Shown: one piece after another, positions 48,130 through 62,186 of the stretch
Layout of the letters: each line of letters begins with the position of its first letter
How positions within the stretch are numbered: the stretch's first letter is position 1
Position numbers and translations under genes: made by a program
The notes under the pieces: model-generated
Database searches by the model: none
The model's input: the letters and a program-made list of their open reading frames with translations, nothing else
Told to the model about the DNA's origin: nothing
NCBI GenBank assembly: GCA_964187785.1
Contig: OZ076409.1
Span: 31,436,001 to 31,500,000, forward strand
DNA length: 64,000 bases
Source: Amphiscolops sp. MND2022
Taxonomy: Eukaryota
Direction: 5' to 3'

Positions 48130-50172
48130 AATACAATTCCCCTCGAACATGAAGTACAATTTCAACTTAATTTCAACAAGAAGAGTGTTGATTGTGTGAA
48201 CAACTTTTTCGACAACAAGATATAGAAAAAGATCATCCGAATCAAAATAAAGTGAGTGATCATGATCACTTAACGGGCACGTACCGAGGAGCAGCTTGTT
48301 TTAAATGTAACTTGAACAACTCTCAAGTTTCGTTCCGGTGTTGTTCCACAACTTTAGTGGGTATGACTGTCACCTTATAATTGAAGACCTCCTTAGAAAA
48401 GCACATGCTTTGGGATTAAATATTCAAATACTTCCAAAAAGTATGGAAAATTACATTTCAGTACAAATGGGTTGCTCAAGATTTCTGAATGGTTACCGGT
48501 TTTTGAGTACAAGTCTAGATAAATTAGTTAAGAATCAAATTGAATTCACAATACTTGAAACGTTTAATTGTAACGATAAATTGAAACAAAAACTAGCCTA
48601 TCCTTATGGGGAGTTTTAACTTAGATAATTTCCATGAACCATTAAACCTAACTAACAGGGTTACTGGTCTAACTCAAACGTACCCAAACCAAGAAGACAA
48701 GAACTGCCTAATGAACAACTTGAAAAATATGATACTCAAACAGGGCGACAGCTGACTATGCTACACCTAAAAGTGGATGTTGTTTTACTGGCGGATATAT
48801 TTGAAAATTTTATAAAAACTTTTACAGCCGAATACAAGATTAATCCAGTGTATAGTTATTCACTACCGTGATATACATGGAAAGCAGGTTTGAAAATAAC
48901 TAAAATTGTTTCAGATCATATCAAAGACAAACACTTATTGTTACTAGAAAACAATATGCGTAGTAGAATTAATACTGTTTTGGGTGATAGGTACATAGAA
49001 TCAAGTGTTGGCAAGAAAATACCATATATCGACGCTAACAATTAACAATTTATATGGATGGGCCTTGAGCCAGTGCCTACCTACAGGCGAGTTAAAGCGA
49101 CGAACTCTCTTGGATGAGTAAGACTTTCAACAAATAGGCAAATTAATACATACCCCGACGACAACGAATATGGGTATTTCATAAAGTGTAATTTGCAATA
49201 CCCAGCAGAAATCAAACAAGTTACAGAGGACTTCCCTTTGTGCCCCTAGCAAACGCAAGCCTGCAAAGATTGTTTTTCGGAGATGAATTCTGTAGAACAA
49301 ACAAACTATAAACCAACCACCAAACTGAGATGTGACCTAACAGACAGAAAAATATTTGACTCAATATAGGAATTTAAAATTTTATCTCAAGGAATAAAAA
49401 CAAGGAATAAAAATAAATAAAATGTTTTCGGTGTATTTTCACCACTCCTTCCGACAATCGCCGTGGTTGGCAGAATGTATAACTCAACACCCAACTTAGA
49501 ACGAATGCAAAAACAAACCTTGAAAGACTTTTTTAAATTAATCAACAATGCTTTCTTTGGCAGGACTATGGAAAATTTACGAGACCGTGTAAACTTAGAA
49601 GTCATTAGTCACGATCAAATACAACAAATAATAAATAGACAACCTAAGTTGAGCTTTAAAGTATTGCGGATCATTATGGAAATTTTGGTGTGTAGTTTCA
49701 TAGAAAAAAAAATCTTCGACAAACCAATTTATTTAGGCTTCTGTGTTAGAATGAAGCAAGTTCTTAATGTATGAGTTTTTTATAACACGTTAAAACCGTA
49801 TTAGCAAGACAAAATAAAATTGCATTATATGGAAACCGATTCTTTCGTAATAAGTGTTGATACAGACAACAAAGGTTTGGTGGAGTTCCGAAAACAAAAC
49901 AAAAAAGAATTCGATTTTAGCGAACTACACTCAAAACGTGAACTGTACGATCCTAGTAATAGAGTTATAGGAAGAATGACAATCGAAACCAGCCCAGTTT
50001 TGGTGTTAGATAGCTTTATAGCCTTACGAGCAAAGTCATATACTGTTTTGTGTTCTGATCATACAATACAAAAAGCAAATCTAAAAGTAATACAACATAC
50101 GCCACACTACGTTCGGTGTTTATTTAATTCCGAAACAACACATTCCACAAATTATTCAATACGGTCAAAACT
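48130..50172 (+). pseudogene. pPolB remnant, copy 1 (element B)
   Basis: DHDHLTG.YRGAAC..CN, FHNFSGYD, KLAYPY, IDANN, NNAFFGRT and YMETDS motifs, with stops. Confidence 0.88.
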
Positions 50173-51332
50173 CACTAGGTTGAGATGTTATGGGTGGTTT
50201 TTGCTTAGTGAAGTCAAATAAATGCATAAAAATTATAATCTGTTCGGAATTTTTGCAAACTGATAAACGGATTGAGCACGTTTGTTTCGGCATGCAACAA
50301 GAAAACGTTTTCGTTTTCATGATATTCTTGATCATACTTTTCGCGGTCGTAGTCGCAGTCTATCCCATCAACAGGATATTTTTCTGATCCTATTTTACAA
50401 ACAGCATTAGAATATGAAAGTCCATCAAATACTGCATTATTATGTATTTGTGAAGCAATTTTATTTCTAGCTTGAAATCCAACTTCTACAAAAATAGGAG
50501 TAGGTTCTCCACTGTTATTCAAATGTCCAAGTGTTCTCAGTGTTGACATCTTTTCTAAAGATAATTCACTCGGTGTAGTACAATTCTGCTGAGGATTTGT
50601 CTAATATATGTTTCATCACGAGCTGCTGGTTTTTCATGCTAGGAACGTAGTGTGGAATATACCAAGCAATATCTTTTATATCTATTTTTGCAGCATCTAC
50701 CGCAGCAGTACGAATAATAGCATCGTTGCTATGTTTTAACGTGACTGCATATCCCAATCCATAAGTAATTTTCTCTTGATCAGCAAATCCAAACAAATCT
50801 TTTGGTTTTATGCTCACAAAAATGTTCCTTTTTGTACTTTGTGGTTTGTTAGTTCTTGTCGCTCACAAAAATGTTCCTTTTTGTACTTTGGGGTTTGTTA
50901 GTTCTTGTCGCCTAGTGTTTCCGATTCTTCAAATCCGTATATTAGTTCGCTTGTTTGTTGATTAGAAGGAAGTTAAAAGTTTATACATTATACTTACTGT
51001 TTGAAGGTTGTCAGCTTTTCCCCGAGTTTCCCCAAGTGTTCCCCGGATGATGTTGTCAATTTAGCTTCACTAATTAAAGCAACAGGTCCAAAGTTGACCA
51101 AGCTTGTTTGGTCATTGTCTACGTAGCGTGTGTTGTCGTTTTTGAGAACTTCAAATTCTAGACCAATATAAGAATTCTGCAAACAAGTATAAGCATCTTC
51201 TCGTGGGAGACCGATGAAAATATTTGAAATTTTTTATTAACTAGCTAGATTACTAGCTCAACACTTAGTAAAGTCTATTTTATGAATAGGATTATCAAAA
51301 GCATGTTTATTTTTCAAAGAAATTAATTCCAT
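50173..51332 (-). pseudogene. Major capsid protein remnant, copy 1 (element B)
   Basis: Near-identical to 58863-59955; C-terminus deleted. Confidence 0.75.
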
Positions 51333-52965
51333 TTATATTTGCATAAAAATTTGAAACATAGACATGATTCATGATTCAACTTGTATATGTCTGAGACAGA
51401 CACATGCGTGATTCATGATCTGAAATTTATACTTCTCTTGTTTTTACCAAACAAATTTATCCTAAAAACGTAAACTCAGACTTCAATTTAGTTTATTTGT
51501 TTGTATATGTTGAGTTTTTAGTTTGTTGTATTCATTCAGATGGATTTTTTGTCTTCTAAACATTTAGATTCTAGCTTGTGAAAATCATATGAAGTTCCAC
51601 CAGCAAGTGTGCATTTCCTGGAATTGTGTTCGTTTCGTTTCGGATACTCACTAGCAATCTTACTGAATATACTTAAACTTGCACCTATGCCGCTAGCCAC
51701 TGGCAGAACAACAAGTCCAACTCCAGTAACACTTAACGTAACTAATGTTGATGATACAGCTAGTAATGAAACACTCAACAGATTGTAATAATTAAAACAT
51801 TTATAAATTTGTAAGTCCTGGATTTCTTTTTATTCTTCTTGACTTCATGATTCTACAATATTTTAATCTTTTATATTTTGAATTGAAATAATGAAATTAT
51901 TAGTTTCCTTTAATCGTAAGTTTGGGTATTGCTTTAAACTATCTAAAATAAACTAGGAAATACTTTTTCACGCTTTTATTGTGTTTTATTGTTCAAAAAG
52001 TATGAAATTAATTTCACTCTTTGTTCGTTTCTTTCTATATTTAAGGTCAACAATATTTTTGTATTCATCTTTTTTCAAAGACAACATTACGTTTTGTCTT
52101 GTTGAATAGTCGAAGTCTGATACATGATACACCCCATCTGATGTTTTTATTTCTGTTCCATACTTCTCCAATAAGTATTCGACACTGAAAGTTAGATGAG
52201 ATTGAGAGAATTGGTCTTTATTTTCAAATAAGTCAAACAATCTTTTATGTTATAGAAGTTGTGAAACTTTTTAAACTGTGTCTTGTCTCGTTGTTTTCAA
52301 TTCTAATATAAGGTTTCGTTCGAAGTGATTTTGTAAATTGGTTTGTTGTTCATTGGCTTGTTTGACTGCTTCCGAAGTAATTTTTTTTCTTGTCTAATAA
52401 TTTATCGTCAATATCTTGTTCTAAATATTTCAAATTATTTTTATATATTTTTGTTCATCTCTAGGAACAACTTTGCATTGACTGAGATTTGTGTTTCGCT
52501 GTCGTCAAAATTAATTTCCTCTACGTTATCTAGGTTAGTAAAATTTTCATAAATATATTTTCTAATTCATCAGCCATATTCATACGTTTTATGTTGAATA
52601 TTTTGGTTTGTGATTCAGTTCTTTTTCAAGATTCTCTATTTTATCTTTTTGCAAGCCTTCAGCACTATAAACAAACTTATGTATTGACATTCTTATAAGT
52701 AAATAATTACCCATATTGATGAAAAATTTTCATACTTTCTATGGTACTGTTATTAGATTCAAAGTTGAATACACTTCTTAAAAGTTCTTGTTCATAATAT
52801 TTTCCCTCTATTTGTTCGGTGTTTTCGTCGTCCTAAGTGTAAGTTACTGGGTAAGTTGGGTTAATTTTACGTATTTCAAAAAGTTCTTTTCCAATTTGTA
52901 GTATAACCTTTACTGTACAAATTGCGTTTATCAGGAACTTTTACATAGTCTTCCACTTGAAATTT

Positions 52966-55453
52966 GTTTAACCAAACTACACACGTTTATAAATGAAGAC
53001 CCGCACATGAAGCATGTGTGCCGTAGATGTATTACTGCATTCAGTTCAGAACAAGTTTTATCTGATCATATAAAAAGATGTATAGAACAAAAACCAGCTA
53101 ATATTGGGTTTAGTAGGAAGGATAAAATTGTTTGAAGACCACCACATGAAAGTGCCACTACCATTCCGTATATTTGCAGGTTTTCAATATATTAATCAAC
53201 CTAATCTTGATCCTGAAAAGGCTAACATCCTCTTCAACCAAATCCCAATTGCAGCAGGTTATTATGTAATATCACCTTTTGGAAATGAATACAAGTCTTG
53301 TTTTGGACCCGACAGTACAAAGTTGTTTGTTGATCAAATGTTAGAACTACAATCCACGGCTAGTGAGTATTTCAAACGAAACCTTGAAATACAATCCCCC
53401 CGAACAACAAGCACAATTTGAACTTAATTTCAACAAGAAGAGTGTTGATTGTGTGAACAACTTTTCCGACAACAAGATATAGAAAAAGATCATCCGAATC
53501 AAAATAAAGTGAGTGATCATGATCACTTAACGGGCAAGTACCGAGGAGCAGCTTGTAATAAATGTAACTTGAACACCTCTCAAGTTTCGTTCTGGTCTTG
53601 TTGCACAACTTTAGTGGGTATAACTGTCACCTTTTATTTGAAGACCTTCTTAGAAAAGGACATGCATTAGGATTAAATATTCAAATACTTCCGAGAAGTA
53701 TGGAAAATTACATTTCAGTACAAATAGGATGCTCAAGATTTCTGGATGGTTACCGGTTTTTGAGTTCAAGTCATGATAATCTAGTTAAGAATCAAATTGA
53801 ATTCACAATACTTGAAACGTTTGATTGTAACGATAAATTGAAACAAAAACTAGCCTATCCTTATGAGGAGTTTTAACCTAGATAATTTCCATGAACCATT
53901 AAACCTAACTAAAAAAGGTTACTGGTCTAACTCAAACCTACCCAAACCAAGAAGACAAGAACTTCCTAATGAAATACTCGAAAAATATGATACTCAAGCT
54001 GGGTAACAGCTGACTATGCTACACCTAAAAGTGGATGTTATTTTACTGGCGGATGTATTTGAAAATTTTATAAAAACATGTACAGCCAAATACAAGATTA
54101 ATCCAGGGTATAGTTATTCACTACCGTGATATACATGGAAAGCAGGTTTGAAAAGAACTAAAATTGTTTCAAATCATATCGAAGACAAACACTTATTGTT
54201 ACTAGAAAACAATATGCGTAGTTGAATTAGTACTGTTTTGGGTGATAGGTACATAGAATCAAGTGTTGGCAAGAAAATATCATATATCGACGCTAACAAT
54301 CAACAATTTATATGGATGGGCCTTGAGCCAGTGCCTACCTACAGGCGAGTTAAAGCGACGAACTCTCTTGGATGAGTCAGACTTTTAACAAATAGGAAAA
54401 ATAATACATACCCCGATGACAACGATTATGGGTATTTCATAAAGTGTAATTTGGAATACCCAGCAGAAATCAAACAAGTTACAGAGGACTTCCCTTTGTG
54501 CCCCTAGCAAACGCAAGCCTGCAAAGATTGTTTTTCGGAGTAGATGAATTCTGTAAAACAAACAAACCATAAACCAACCACCAAACTGAGATGTGACCTA
54601 ACAGACAGAAAAATATTTGACTCAATATAGGAATTTAAAATTTTATCTCAAGGAATAAAAATAACTAAAATGTTTTCGGTGTATTTTCACCACTCCTTCC
54701 GACAATCGCCGTGGTTGGCAGAATGTATAACTCATAACACCCAACTTAGAACGAATGCAAAAACAAACCTTGAAAAATACTTTTTTTGAATTAATGAACA
54801 ATGCTTTCTTTGGCAGGACTATGGAAAATATACGGGACCGTGTAAACTTAGAAGTCATTAGTCACGATCAAATACAACAAATAATAAATAGACAATCTAA
54901 GTTAAGCTTTAAAGTATTGCGGATCATTATGGAAATTTTAGTGTGTAGTTTCATAGAAAAAAAATCTTCGACAAACCAATTTATTTAGGCTTCTGTGTTA
55001 GAATAAAGCAAGTTATTAATGTCTGAGTTTTTATAACACGTTAAAACCGTATTAGCAAGACAAAATAAAATTGCATTATATGGAAACCGAAACTTTCGTA
55101 ATAAGTTTTGATACAGACAACAAAGGTTTGGTAGAGTTTCGAAAACAAAAAGAATTCGATTTTAGCGAACTACACTCAAAACTTGAACTGTACGATCCTA
55201 GTAATAAAATTATAGGAAAAATGACAATCGAAACTAGCCCAGTTTTGGTGTTAGATAGCTTTATAGCCTTACGAGCAAAGTCATATACTGTTTTGTATTC
55301 TGATCATACAATACAAAAAGCAAATCAAAAAGTAATACAACATACGCCACACTACGTTCGGTGTTTATTTAATTCCGAAACAACACATTCCACAAATTCA
55401 TTACAGTCAAAACTACACGACCCTACCGTACCTTGCCAAAACAAACTAGTCTT
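52966..55453 (+). pseudogene. pPolB remnant, copy 2
   Basis: Same motifs as copy 1, plus upstream CRRC..F..H..RC zinc finger. Confidence 0.88.
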
Positions 55454-55934
55454 GAGATTTGTGTTTCGCTGTCGTCAAAATTAATTTCCTCTACGTTATG
55501 TAGGTTAGTAAAATTTTCATAAATATATTTTCTAATTCATCAGCCATATCCATACGTTTTATGTTGAATATTTTGGTTTGTGATTCAGTTCTTTTTCAAG
55601 ATTCTCTATTTTATCTTTTTGCAAGCCTTCAGCACTATAAACAAACTTATGTATTGACATTCTTATAAGTAATTACCCATATTGATGGAAAATTTTCATA
55701 CTTTCTAAGGTACTGTTATAAGATTCAAAGTTGAATACACTTCCTAAAAGTTCTCGTTCATAATATTTTCCCTCTATTTGTTCGGTGTTTTCGTCGTTTC
55801 AAGTATAAGTTACTGGGTAAGTTGGGTTAATTTTACGTATTTTAAAAAGTTCTTTTCCAATTTGTAGTATAACCTTTACTGTACAAATTGCGTTTATCAG
55901 GAACTTTTTCATAGTCTTCCACTTGAAATTTGTT

Positions 55935-58500
55935 TAACCAAACTACACACGTTTATAAATGAAGACCCGCACATGAAGCATGTGTGCCGTAGATGTATTA
56001 CTGCATTCAGTTCAGAACAAGTTTTATCTGGTCATACAAAAAGATGTATAAAACAAAAACCAGCTAATATTGGGTTTAGTAGGAAGGATAAAATTATGTT
56101 TGAAGACCACCACATGAAAGTGCCACTACCATTCCGTATATTTGCAGGTTTTCAATATATTAATCAACCTAATCTTGATCCTGAAAAGGCTAACATCCTC
56201 TTCAACCAAATCCCAATTGCAGCAGGTTATTATGTAATATCACCATTTGGAAATGAATACAAGTCTTGTTTTGGACCCGACAGTACAAAGTTGTTTGTTG
56301 ATCAAATGTTAGAACTACAATCCACGGCTAGTGAGTATTTCAAACGAAACCTTGAAATACAATCCCCCCGAACAACAAGCACAATTTGAACTTAATTTCA
56401 ACAAGAAGAGTGTTGATTGTGTGAACAACTTTTCCGACAACAAGATATAGAAAAAGATCATCCGAATCAAAATAAAGTGAGTGATCATGATCACTTAACG
56501 GGCAAGTACCGAGGAGCAGCTTGTAATAAATGTAACTTGAACACCTCTCAAGTTTCGTTCTGGTCTTGTTGCACAACTTTAGTGGGTATAACTGTCACCT
56601 TATATTTGAAGACCTTCTTAGAAAAGGACATGCATTAGGATTAAATATTCAAATACTTCCGAAAAGTATGGAAAATTACATTTCAGTACAAATAGGATGC
56701 TCAAGATTTCTGGATGGTTACCGGTTTTTGAGTTCAAGTCATGATAATCTAGTTAAGAATCAAATTGAATTCACAATACTTGAAACGTTTGATTGTAACG
56801 ATAAATTGAAACAAAAACTAGCCTATCCTTATGAGGAGTTTTAACCTAGATAATTTCCATGAACCATTAAACCTAACTAAAAAAGGTTACTGGTCTAACT
56901 CAAACCTACCCAAACCAAGAAGACAAGAACTTCCTAATGAAATACTCGAAAAATATGATACTCAAGCTGGGTAACAGCTGACTATGCTACACCTAAAAGT
57001 GGATGTTATTTTACTACGGATGTATTTGAAAATTTTATAAAAACATGTACAGCCAAATACAAGATTAATCCAGGGTATAGTTATTCACTACCGTGATATA
57101 CATGGAAAGCAGGTTTGAAAAGAACTAAAATTGTTTCAAATCATATCGAAGACAAACACTTATTGTTACTAGAAAACAATATGCGTAGTTGAATTAGTAC
57201 TGTTTTGGGTGATAGGTACATAGAATCAAGTGTTGGCAAGAAAATATCATATATCGACGCTAACAATCAACAATTTATATGGATGGGCCTTGAGCCAGTG
57301 CCTACCTACAGGCGAGTTAAAGCGACGAACTCTCTTGGATGAGTCAGACTTTTAACAAATAGGAAAAATAATACATACCCCGACGACAACGAATATGGGT
57401 ATTTCATAAAGTGTAATTTGGAATACCCAGCAGAAATCAAACAAGTTACAGAGGACTTCCCTTTGTGCCCCTAGCAAACGCAAGCCTGCGAAGATTGTTT
57501 TTCGGAGTAGTAAATTCTGTAAAACAAACAAACCATAAACCAACCACCAAACTAAGATGTGACCTAACAGACAGAAAAATATTTGACTCATTTTAGGAAT
57601 TTAAAGTTTTATCTCAAACAAGGAATAAAAATAACTAGAATGTTTTCGGTGTATTTTCACCACTCCTTCCGACAATCGCCGTGGTTGGCAGAATGTATAA
57701 CTCATAACACCCAACTTAGAACGAATGCAAAAACAAACCTTGAAAAATACTTTTTTTGAATTAATGAACAATGCTTTCTTTGGCAGGACTATGGAAAATA
57801 TACGAGACCGTGTAAACTTAGAAGTCATTAGTCACGATCAAATACAACAAATAATAAATAGACAATCTAAGTTAAGCTTTAAAGTATTGCGGATCATTAT
57901 GGAAATTTTAGTGTGTAGTTTCATAGAAAAAAATCTTCGACAAACCAATTTATTTAGGCTTCTGTGTTAGAATAAAGCAAGTTATTAATGTCTGAGTTTT
58001 TATAACACGTTAAAACCGTATTAGCAAGACAAAATGAAATTGCATTATATGGAAACCGAAACTTTCGTAATAAGTTTTGATACAGACAACAAAGGTTTGG
58101 TAGAGGTTCGAAAACAAAACAAAAAAGAATTCGATTTTAGCGAACTACACTCAAAACGTGAACTGTACGATCCTAGTAATAAAGTTATAGGAAAATGACA
58201 ATCGAAACTAGCCCAGTTTTGGTGTTAGATAGCTTTATAGCCTTACGAGCAAAGTCATATACTGTTTTGTATTCTGATCATACAATACAAAAAGCAAATC
58301 AAAAAGTAATACAACATACGCCACACTACGTTCGGTGTTTATTTAAATCCGAAACAACACATTCCACAAATTCATTACAGTCAAAACTACACGACCCTAC
58401 CGTACATTGCCAAAACAAACTAGTCTTGAATTCGTTTGATGGCAAACGTTTGTATTTGAATCCTATCAAGAGTTTACCATGGGATATACATATTCAGTAA
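55935..58500 (+). pseudogene. pPolB remnant, copy 3 (retains C-terminal SFDGKR..SLPW)
   Basis: Near-identical to copy 2 at an offset of about 2968 bp. Confidence 0.88.
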
Positions 58501-58736
58501 GGTGATTGCCAATGTTTTTTTGTATAAAGTTCATTGGTTTGTATTTTAAAAAAAACTCATTACAAAACAGGTGAAAAATTTTTTTGTAGTGTATGCTATT
58601 GGAAAGAGAAATTCAACCATCAACAACTTTTGAGGTCGATATGTGACCGAGCACATCTTTTAAATTAAAAATAGTAATTACAAGTCTCTTTAAAGTTATA
58701 TATTATATTTCTTTATTCATGAATCGATGAGTATGT

Positions 58737-59955
58737 CTATAGAAGATCAAGATGTCTTTGCACAAAAGTACTAATACTTATTAACTTAGGTGTTAGAACG
58801 ATGGCATAAGCTACGTATTCTGCTACATCAATAGCAACACTGAATTTATATTCTAACTTGATAGGTTGAGATGTTATGGGTGGTTTTTGCTTAGTGAAGT
58901 CAAATACATAAAAATTATAATCTGTTCGGAATTTTTGCAAACTGATAAACGGATTGAGCAGGTTAGTTTTTGCATGCAACAAGAAAACGTTTTCGTTTTC
59001 ATGGTATGCTTGATCATACTTCTCGCGGTCGTAGTCGCAGTTAATCCCATCAACAGGATAATTTTCTGATCCTATTTTACAAACAGCATTAGAATATGAA
59101 AGTCCATCAAATACTGCATTATTATGTATTTGTGAAGCAATTTTATTTCTAGCTTGAAATCCAACTTCTACAAAAATAGGAGTAGGTTCTCCACTGTTAT
59201 TCAAATGTCCAAGTGTTCTCAGTGTTGACATCTTTTCTAAAGATAATTCGCTCGGTGTAGTACAATTCTGCTGGGGATTTGTCTAATATATGTTTCATCA
59301 CGAGCTGCTGGTTTTTCATGCTAGGAACGTAGTGTGGAATATACCAAGCAATATCTTTTATATCTATTTTTGCAGCATCTACCGCAGCAGTACGAATAAT
59401 AGCATCGTTGCTATGTTTTAACGTGACTGCATATCCCAATCCATAAGTAATTTTCTCTTGATCAGCAAATCCAAACAAATCTTTTGGTTTTATGCTCACA
59501 AAAATGTTCCTTTTTGTAGTATGTGGTTTGTTAGTTCTTGTCGCCTAATGTTTCTGATTCTTCAAATCCGTATATTAGTTCGCTTGTTTGTTGGTTAGAA
59601 GGAAGTTAAAAGTTAATACATTATACTTACTGTATGAAGGTTGTCAGCTTTTTCCAAGTGTTTCCCGGATGATGTTGTCAATTTAGCTTCACTAATTGAA
59701 GCAACAGGTCCAAAGTTGACCAAGCTTGTTTGGTCATTGTCTACGTAGCGTGTGTTGTCGTTTTTGAGAACTTCAAAGTCTAGACCAATATAAGAATTCT
59801 GCAAACAAATATAAGCATCTTCTCTTGGGAGACTGATGAAAATGTTTGAAATATTTTTAATAACTAGCTAGATTACTAGCCCAACACTTAATAAAGTTTA
59901 TTTTATGAATAGGATTATCAAAAGCATGTTTATTTTTCAAAGAAATTAATTCCAT
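58737..59955 (-). pseudogene. Major capsid protein, copy 2 (element B), frameshifted
   Basis: QNSYIGLDFEV, KDLFGFA, IAWYIPHYVP, PIFVEVGFQ and YVFDFTKQ..QPIKLEYKF fit a Polinton double jelly-roll capsid pattern. Confidence 0.75.
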
Positions 59956-60159
59956 TTATATTTGCGAAAAAATATGAAACATAGACATGATTCATGATTC
60001 AACTTGTATATGTCTGAGACAGACACATGCGTGATTCATGATCTGAATTTTATACTTTTCTTGTTTTTACTAAACAAATTTGTCCTAAAAACTTAAACTC
60101 AGAATTTAATTTAGTTTATTTGTTTGTATATGTTATGAGTCTTTAGTTTGTTGTTTTCA

Positions 60160-60560
60160 TTCAGATCGATTTTTTGTCTTCTAAACATTTAGATTCTAGC
60201 TTGTGAAATTCATTTGAAGTTCCACCAGCAAGTGTATATTTCCTGGAATTGTGTTCGTTTCGTTTCGGATACTCACTAGCAATCTTACTGAATATACTTA
60301 AACTTGCACCTATGCCGCTAGCCACAGGCAGAACAACAAGTCCAACTCCAGTAACACTTAACGTAACTCATGTTGATGATACAGCTAGTAATGAAACACA
60401 CTCAACAAATTGTATTAAAATAAAACATTTATAAATTTGTAAACCTTGGATTTCTTTTTATACTTCTTGACTTCATGATTCTACAATATTTTAATCTTTT
60501 ATATTTTGAATTGAAATATCGAAACTATGAGTTTGCTTTAATCGTAAGTTTAGGTGTTGC
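60160..60560 (-). pseudogene. Hydrophobic (TM) Polinton protein remnant; duplicate at ~51536-51900
   Basis: TLSVTGVGLVVLPVASGIGASLSI hydrophobic hairpin. Confidence 0.45.
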
Positions 60561-61339
60561 TCTAAACTATCTGTATGTAAACTAGGAAATACTTTTTCAC
60601 GCTTTTTAAATGTTTTTTTGTTCAAAAAGTATGAAAGTAATTTCACTGTCTGTTCGTTTCATTCTATATTTAAGGTCAACAATATATTTGTATTCATCTT
60701 TTTTCAAAGACAACATTACGTTTTGTCTTGTTGAATAGTCGAAGTCTGATACATGATACACCCCATCTGATGTTTTTATTTCTGTTCCATACTTCTCCAA
60801 TAAGTATTCGTCACTGAAAGTTAGATGAGATTGAAAGATTTGGTCTTTATTTTCAAATAAGTCGAACAATCTTTTATTATATAAAAGTTGTGAAACTTTT
60901 TAAACTGTGACTTGTCTCGTTGTTTTCAATTCTAATCTAAGGTTTCGTTCGAAGTGATTTTGTATACTGGTTTGTTGTTCATTGGCTTATTTGACTGCTT
61001 CCGAAATAATTTTTTTCTTGTCTAATTGATTATCGTCAATATCTTGTTCTAATTATTTCAAATTCTTTTTATATCTATATATTTGTTTATGTCCAGGAAC
61101 AACTTTGCATTGACTGAGATTTGTGTTTCGCCGTCGTCAAAATTGTTTTCTTCTACGTTATCTAGGTTAGAAAAAATTTCATGAATATAACTTTCTAATT
61201 CATCAGTCATATCCATACGTTTTATGTTGAATATTTTGGTTTGTGATTCAGTTCTTTTTCAAGATTCTCTATTTTATCTTTTTGCAAGCCTTCAGCACTA
61301 TAACCAAACTTATTTATTGACATTCTTATAATTAAATAA

Positions 61340-62186
61340 TTACTCATATTGATGGAAAATTTTCATACTTTCTAAGGTACTGTTATTAGATTCAAAGTTG
61401 AATACACTTCTTAAAAGTTCTTGTTCATAATATTTTCCCTCTATTTGTTCGGTGTTTTCGTCGTCCTAAGTGTAAGTTACTGGGTAAGTTGGGTTAATTT
61501 TACGTATTTCAAAAAGTTCTTTTCCAATTTGTAGTATAACCTTTACTAAACAAATTGCGTTTATCAGGAACTTTTACATAGTCGTCCACTTGAAATTTGT
61601 TTTTTTTACTAGGCGTCAGATTAGGTATTACATTAGGTATTAGTTTATTATTGGCTTCAAATGGTGTCATACGTATAGCATGATGGGCACGAATATTATA
61701 CTTTTCCAAAGCAGCGTCAAGATGATTCAACCAACAAGCTTTACCTTTAATATACATTGGTTCTTCTATAAGATCTGAAAGTGTTCTATTGAATCGTTCA
61801 AATAAAACAGCTTTCCAAATATGAATGAGTTGAATAAATATATTTGAATTTCATGTTGTTCGAGAAAATCCAAAAATGTTTTATAAAATTCTTTCCCTCT
61901 TTCAGACCACACTTTGTTTTCTCTTTTCTTTTTCAATGAGAGTTTTAAAAGCTTGTGTCGTACTCTTTTCTGATTTATCTTTAGGAGAAATTGTCCAAGC
62001 ATATTTAGTATAATTATCAATAATGGGAAAATTAAATTTGAAGTTTTTGTTGTATTTGCTTAAACTTGAGTGGTCAGTTAAATCGATAGACCAACATTCA
62101 TCTTTATATTGAGGAATTATTTCGAGACGATCAATCTTTCTAATTACAGGAGCAAAGACTTCTTTAGCCATTTTTTTTCGATTCAT
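61340..62186 (-). pseudogene. rve integrase (element B), frameshifted
   Basis: WSIDL.D, IIDNYTKYAW, VWSERGKEFY, YN.RAH.AIRMTP and FSKGYTTNW motifs. Confidence 0.88.
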
